Assembly: GCA_050230475.1 (NCBI GenBank)
Contig: JBFLGF010000029.1
Location: 62,001 to 90,332 of the forward strand
Direction of reading: 5' to 3'
From: Ancylonema sp.
Lineage: Eukaryota
DNA: 28,332 nucleotides
Positions 24,071 through 28,332 of the stretch are shown piece by piece. The position numbers and the translations under genes were made by a program. The notes beneath the pieces are model-generated. The model saw nothing but the letters and a program-made list of their open reading frames with translations, had not been told where the DNA came from and searched no databases. How positions within the stretch are numbered: the stretch's first letter is position 1; each line of letters starts with the position of its first letter.

Positions 24071-24531
24071 CGTTGGAAATATTTTGGATAGCCATATGTT
24101 ATGCTTGCTATAGTGTCCAGTTGTTACCGGTTACTCTAACCGGGGGAGGCAATATTCCTTGATGTGCTTATATGCGGGGCCGGGCAAGGCAAGTTTGTGC
24201 CCGGGCACCTGACATGTTTCCGACGCTTAGAGACGTTATTTGTTTGACGCGTCGTGATTGGCTTGGTGTCAGAAATGTCCGGCATGTGCCGTTGACACGT
24301 AGATGAGTTGTCACTCATTATGATAGGCCGACGGTCCGCAGATACGACCGTCGGCACGCTTTGGAGATTCATGTTGTGGACGAGGCATCGTGGTATACCG
24401 ACACGATGCCGACCATACAATAATATTCTTCCAACTCAATACTTGACATTGATCATTTCTGAGAGACGTAGTTCCTTGTACGGAAAGAATCACACTGTCT
24501 TGCACACCAATCACGTAACACATCCCTAAAA
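24071..24531 (+). repeat. 3' LTR of copia-2
   Basis: CGTTGGAAATATTTTGGATAGCCA aligns with the 5' LTR start; ends CATCCCTAAAA. Confidence 0.9.
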
Positions 24532-24536
24532 GTAGT

Positions 24537-27500
24537 GCACCGGCAGTTTATTCAGACGATGAAATATAAATGGGACGCGATCAAAAGGAACCCACAAAAG
24601 TTCCTCAGTGGGGAGTATGGACAATTAGAATTCGTGAAGGAGGCTGGTGCATACCTGGAGGGGGAGGCTTGGCTGGTGCATGATGATTACCGACGATCAC
24701 TGGATCACACTGATCCAGATAACCCGAGTCGAGCTATCGTCATCTGGAGGTTGAGTGGGATATATACCGAGCATACTATGGGCAGAAGGCCGGCTGGTAA
24801 CTGATGCGGCTGATCTTTGGACTTTTGGGACCATTAGCTGCACCCCTTCAAGCAGAACCTGCTGATCTGGAAGGATTCTTTCAGAAACTGAGGACACGGT
24901 TCGCGACGGCGGGGTCTGAGTGGCTTGTGGAATTTCAAAACTACAAGAATCTATGTTGATCTATCGAGGATCACCATCAATTTGGTGCCTCATATGGTAA
25001 GTGCGTGGCATGCAGCAATTTTCTATGAGAATTGCCTCCCTGGAGGACTCAAGCGGGTGATCAGCCCGAAGTTGAGGGCTGCGGAGCAGCGACGGGATAG
25101 AGCAGGTCTCCCGAAGATGAGCATGGCAGATGTCAAGGGCATTGCCGCATCTCAAGAGAGGGCGCAGATGTCACGGGATGCGGAGCTGCGGACGTTTGGC
25201 CTATTGCCAAGTCAGAAGGAGGGGAAAAAGGAGGGAGGAGGAGGGGAGGAGGGGAAGGGGAAGCCGGAAGAGGGAGTGGGAATGGAGGAGGAGGGATGGG
25301 GGGGGAAACCCCCGTCAAGTGTTTCACTTGTGATGGGCTAGGGCACAAGGCTGCAAATTGTCCCACAGGGAAGCGAGAGGAGACGGCGGGGAGGCTGAAG
25401 GAGGCACTCAAGACCGCAGCAGCAAGACGCGGGAAGGGTGTGAAAGCGCCTTTCGCTGCCAGATTTGGGACGGCGAGGGGGGGGGCCATGTCTATGCCTC
25501 GGGTTCACATGACAGAAGGGGCAACCTGCAGTTTTTGTGACAAACAAAACCACACTGAGGCGCAGTGTTGGGCAAAGCACCCGGAGCTTCGCCCCAAGAA
25601 CTACAACCCAGGGGGGGGGCACCTGAGGCCAAGCGGCCACGACAGGGGTTGGCAATGGCGGTGCCAGGGTCACCAAGGATGTTAGGACTCTCTCGCCGAC
25701 TCTAACAAAAGAGGAGGGGTGCGGAGTTTGAGGACAGGCTGCGGCGAGGAGATGAGGAGTTCTTCAGCCCTGGTTACCCACGCCAGATGATGGCGATGGG
25801 ATTGGGTGAGGAGGGTGACGCTCAGGGAGTGGAACTGGGGTTCTATGTGGGGGGGATGTGGGTTGCCATGGACGTGCCAGTGGTGCACGTGAGGCCACCA
25901 TTCCAGATGATGGTACCACGCGCGCGAGGAGGGCGGTCTGGAGGAGGGAATGCTGGACCAGTGCGCGCCTCCGAGAGGCTGCGGAGCAGGGAGAGGGGAG
26001 AGGGTAGCAGCCTAGCAAGCAGGCTGAGACCCCATAGTGCAGGGACAACTTTAGGAGGGACACGACAAAGATCGCCGGGGGCGGATGATTTGAGGCGTGG
26101 GGCAGCGTTTGGAGCAGGAGGAGGCAGTGGTGAGGGGAGTGCAAGCAGCCGAGGCTCTTGCAGCGAAAGCAACGGCTGCAAAGAGGATGGGTCCAGGGAG
26201 ACCTAGGAGGGTGATCTTCGCGCACAACACTCAGCCACGCGATATCCTGTACCCGTCGGAGAGGGCAGATAGAGGGCCAGCAGTTCAGATCCGACCAGGA
26301 ATGAGTGTCACGGGTGTGACAACCCCTTCGTTAGTAATGGCGACAGGTGCGCCAGCGGTGTTTGTTGGGGACAGTGGGACTGTGAGGGTCCCTATGGGAT
26401 ACCCTCCAGGAATGGCAGCGGGGAGAGCATTGCAGGAGGCAGCAGATTTGCAATGTGGGTCTTATGACTGGCGGGCTGAGTACGGAAGATACGGCCGAGA
26501 GCCAGTTTCCATTGAGGTGGCGGAGGAGGGGATACAGGAGGTGGTGCATAATACAAAGGAGAGGGAAATGCTAGTGGAATTAGAGGCAGCCTGCAAGTAC
26601 CTCGACGGGAAACTTGCAAAAACGCTGCCAATAATGACGGGGAGGTTGGAGGTGATACGTGAACTTAAAAAGCTGGCTGACTCAAGGACTGATATAGACA
26701 AGGGAAAGATGATTCAGATTATGGGGAGGGGTTTGGGACCACATGGGGAGCTGCTGGCAAACATGCTGGCAAAAAAGTTTAAAACCCTTGAGAGAAACTT
26801 CTACGTGCTTCAGGGAGAGGTCTATAAAAAAAACATGGATCAGTACGGGGGGTTGAGGTCGTTAATAGAGGGAGATCCACTACACGCTCGCTCGGTAGGA
26901 GGGGGGGGGAAGAAAGGGGCCTGGAGTGTGGCGACACTTCCAGTCAAAAATAGGGAGTTGGTCGTGAATGGCATAACTCCAATGGGCATGGTGATCCTGG
27001 ATTTGGGGGCCACTAAACTCATGATAAGCTCTCGAATGGCCAAGCGCATAGGGATCACAGACGAGCAGTTGACTGTGGGGGTGTCATTCGTCACAGCAGC
27101 AAGGAAGATGTAAAGAGGTGAGCGCATGACGAGGGAAAAGCTGAGTTTCACCCTAGCCGCTAGAACACGGTATGAAACTACATACGATGAGGTAGCTTTC
27201 GTGGTGGACACTGAGTGTTACGACGTGTTGCTGGGGATGGAGGTGATTGGACCAATTGGGGGGGTTTATGACTCGTGGGTAGAGGTTTTTACATGGAGAG
27301 TCGATTACCATAAATCGGCAGCTGAGGGCGGGGGGAAGATCCGAGGGGTTTTGCTAGCTCACGGGAGGATGACGGAGGAGGAGTGCAAGGCAGTGCGCTC
27401 AACACTGCCTATGCAGGCTATGGCTTTGGGTAGGATTCACAGGGAATGGACGGGAGAGGTGCAGATGCAATCTGACCTCTATAGCTCAGATGCTGAGGAG

Positions 27501-27719
27501 GGTCAGTTTGAGGATGCGGAAAGTGACATTTCCTACGAGTGGGAGGAGGTGGAGGAGGGGGATATGGGGGGGGGTGAGAGTGAGGGGGTGGTGGAGTTAG
27601 AGTGGGAAGGGGAAGTGCAAAATCTGGCCACTGCTCACTCTGCTGGAGCAGATGGAGGAGCAGACAGCTCGGGGGTGGGATATGGATGGGGAGAAAGCTC
27701 GAGGGGTGGCGCTCGATGA
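24537..27719 (+). pseudogene. Gag (3' part) and aspartic protease of the Gypsy-like element, frameshifted
   Basis: YLEGEAWL and FYENCLPGGLK (gag-like); CFTCDGLGHKAANC (~25320) and CSFCDKQNHTEAQC (~25528); protease VILDLGATKLMIS (~27000) and YDVLLGMEVI (~27220); then an acidic linker. Confidence 0.85.
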
Positions 27720-27793
27720 GGCCAACCTCTTGCTGGAGGAGGAGATGGGTGGAAAAAGTCCGGGGTGGGCTGAGGAGGGGTATGGGGGGGGTA

Positions 27794-28332
27794 ATGGGGA
27801 AGCCTGAGAGAAATTCCAGGGCATGGCGGTCACAGAGTGGGGAGCCAACCGCCCAACCGCGGTTGGAAGAGGGCCAACCGCGGTTGGGGCCCCAACCGCT
27901 GCAGATGCTTGGAAAGGGGGGGAAGGGGGAGATTCGGAGCTGGGGGAAGCACACGAGGGTGGTGCAACCTGACCCTAGGGTAATGGTGGGGGGGGTGGCT
28001 GTGAAAGACACACGGCAAAGTCAGCCCCAACCGCGGTTGGGGGAGCTGACTGGTGTTCCTAGTGTGGCAGATCTGCGAGTGGTAGTAGTGCAGCAGGCGG
28101 ATGCAGCACGGCGAGCGGCGGCAGCTTTGAGGCTGCTGAAGGCGAGAGAGAGCTTGCCGGGAAAGGCAAAAACACAAAGATCCTGGAAGTGGGTGGGGGT
28201 ATCGGTGAGAGGAGTAGCACCGATTAACACCAGGGTAGTGAATCTAAGGGAGGAGGCAGTTGAGAAGGGAGTTCACATTGTCGAGCTTTTTAGTGGCATT
28301 GGGCTGGGGTCCACTAGAGCAGCCTTGGCGGC
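27794..28332 (+). CDS. Open 3'-partial frame ending in the N-terminus of a putative C5-cytosine DNA methyltransferase domain
   Basis: Stop-free frame +2, absent from the ORF track because it runs off the window: MGKPERNSR...NLREEAVEKGVHIVELFSGIGLGSTRAALA. VELFSGIG (28280-28303) fits SAM-binding motif I, (D/E)LF(S/A)GxG. Probably part of the element polyprotein, so the start shown is nominal. Confidence 0.65.
   Translation, partial: MGKPERNSRAWRSQSGEPTAQPRLEEGQPRLGPQPLQMLGKGGKGEIRSWGKHTRVVQPDPRVMVGGVAVKDTRQSQPQPRLGELTGVPSVADLRVVVVQQADAARRAAAALRLLKARESLPGKAKTQRSWKWVGVSVRGVAPINTRVVNLREEAVEKGVHIVELFSGIGLGSTRAALA

Larger units (their letters stand above)
17983..24531 (+). mobile_element. Ty1/copia LTR retrotransposon (copia-2), near full length, decayed
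   Basis: Paired LTRs, TSD GGAGT (17978-17982)/GTAGT (24532-24536), PBS, PPT, complete gag-PR-IN-RT-RNaseH order. Confidence 0.93.
17655..28332 (+). mobile_element. Ty3/Gypsy-like retrotransposon with a probable cytosine DNA methyltransferase, interrupted by copia-2 and running off the window
   Basis: Gag 5' part 17655-17982 joins in frame with 24537 onward after removing copia-2. Then two CCHC knuckles, aspartic protease, linker and MTase motif I. RT and integrase not in the window; own LTR not defined. Confidence 0.7.

Noticed and set aside
27845..28042. CRISPR array from the palindromic repeats
   Set aside because: Repeats are 14-18 bp, irregularly spaced, inside a reading frame, in eukaryotic DNA with no cas genes.
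25133..28230. Many Pro-rich minus-strand ORFs
   Set aside because: Antisense shadows of the G-rich retroelement coding strand.

Overview
Eukaryotic, intron-containing genomic DNA, most likely from a green plant or streptophyte alga (inferred from a plastid-targeted HemE and the transposon types). Two intact host genes lie head-to-head: a 7-exon uroporphyrinogen decarboxylase (minus, 10509-7262) and a spliced GNAT acetyltransferase resembling actinobacterial GNATs (plus, ~11588-12917). The rest is nested transposon DNA: a hAT-like MITE (31-738); a decayed Ty1/copia element (1667-5985) with a solo LTR in its integrase; a minus-strand copia remnant related to that solo LTR (~13174-14500); a 1.6 kb AT microsatellite; an integrase fragment; and a second copia (17983-24531). 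That copia sits inside the gag of a third retroelement (17655 to window end), which reads gag (2 zinc knuckles), aspartic protease, linker, then the start of an apparent C5-cytosine DNA methyltransferase (VELFSGIGLG). This probable methyltransferase-carrying Ty3/Gypsy-type element is the top finding, but only motif I is inside the window. All alignments and translations were done by eye.
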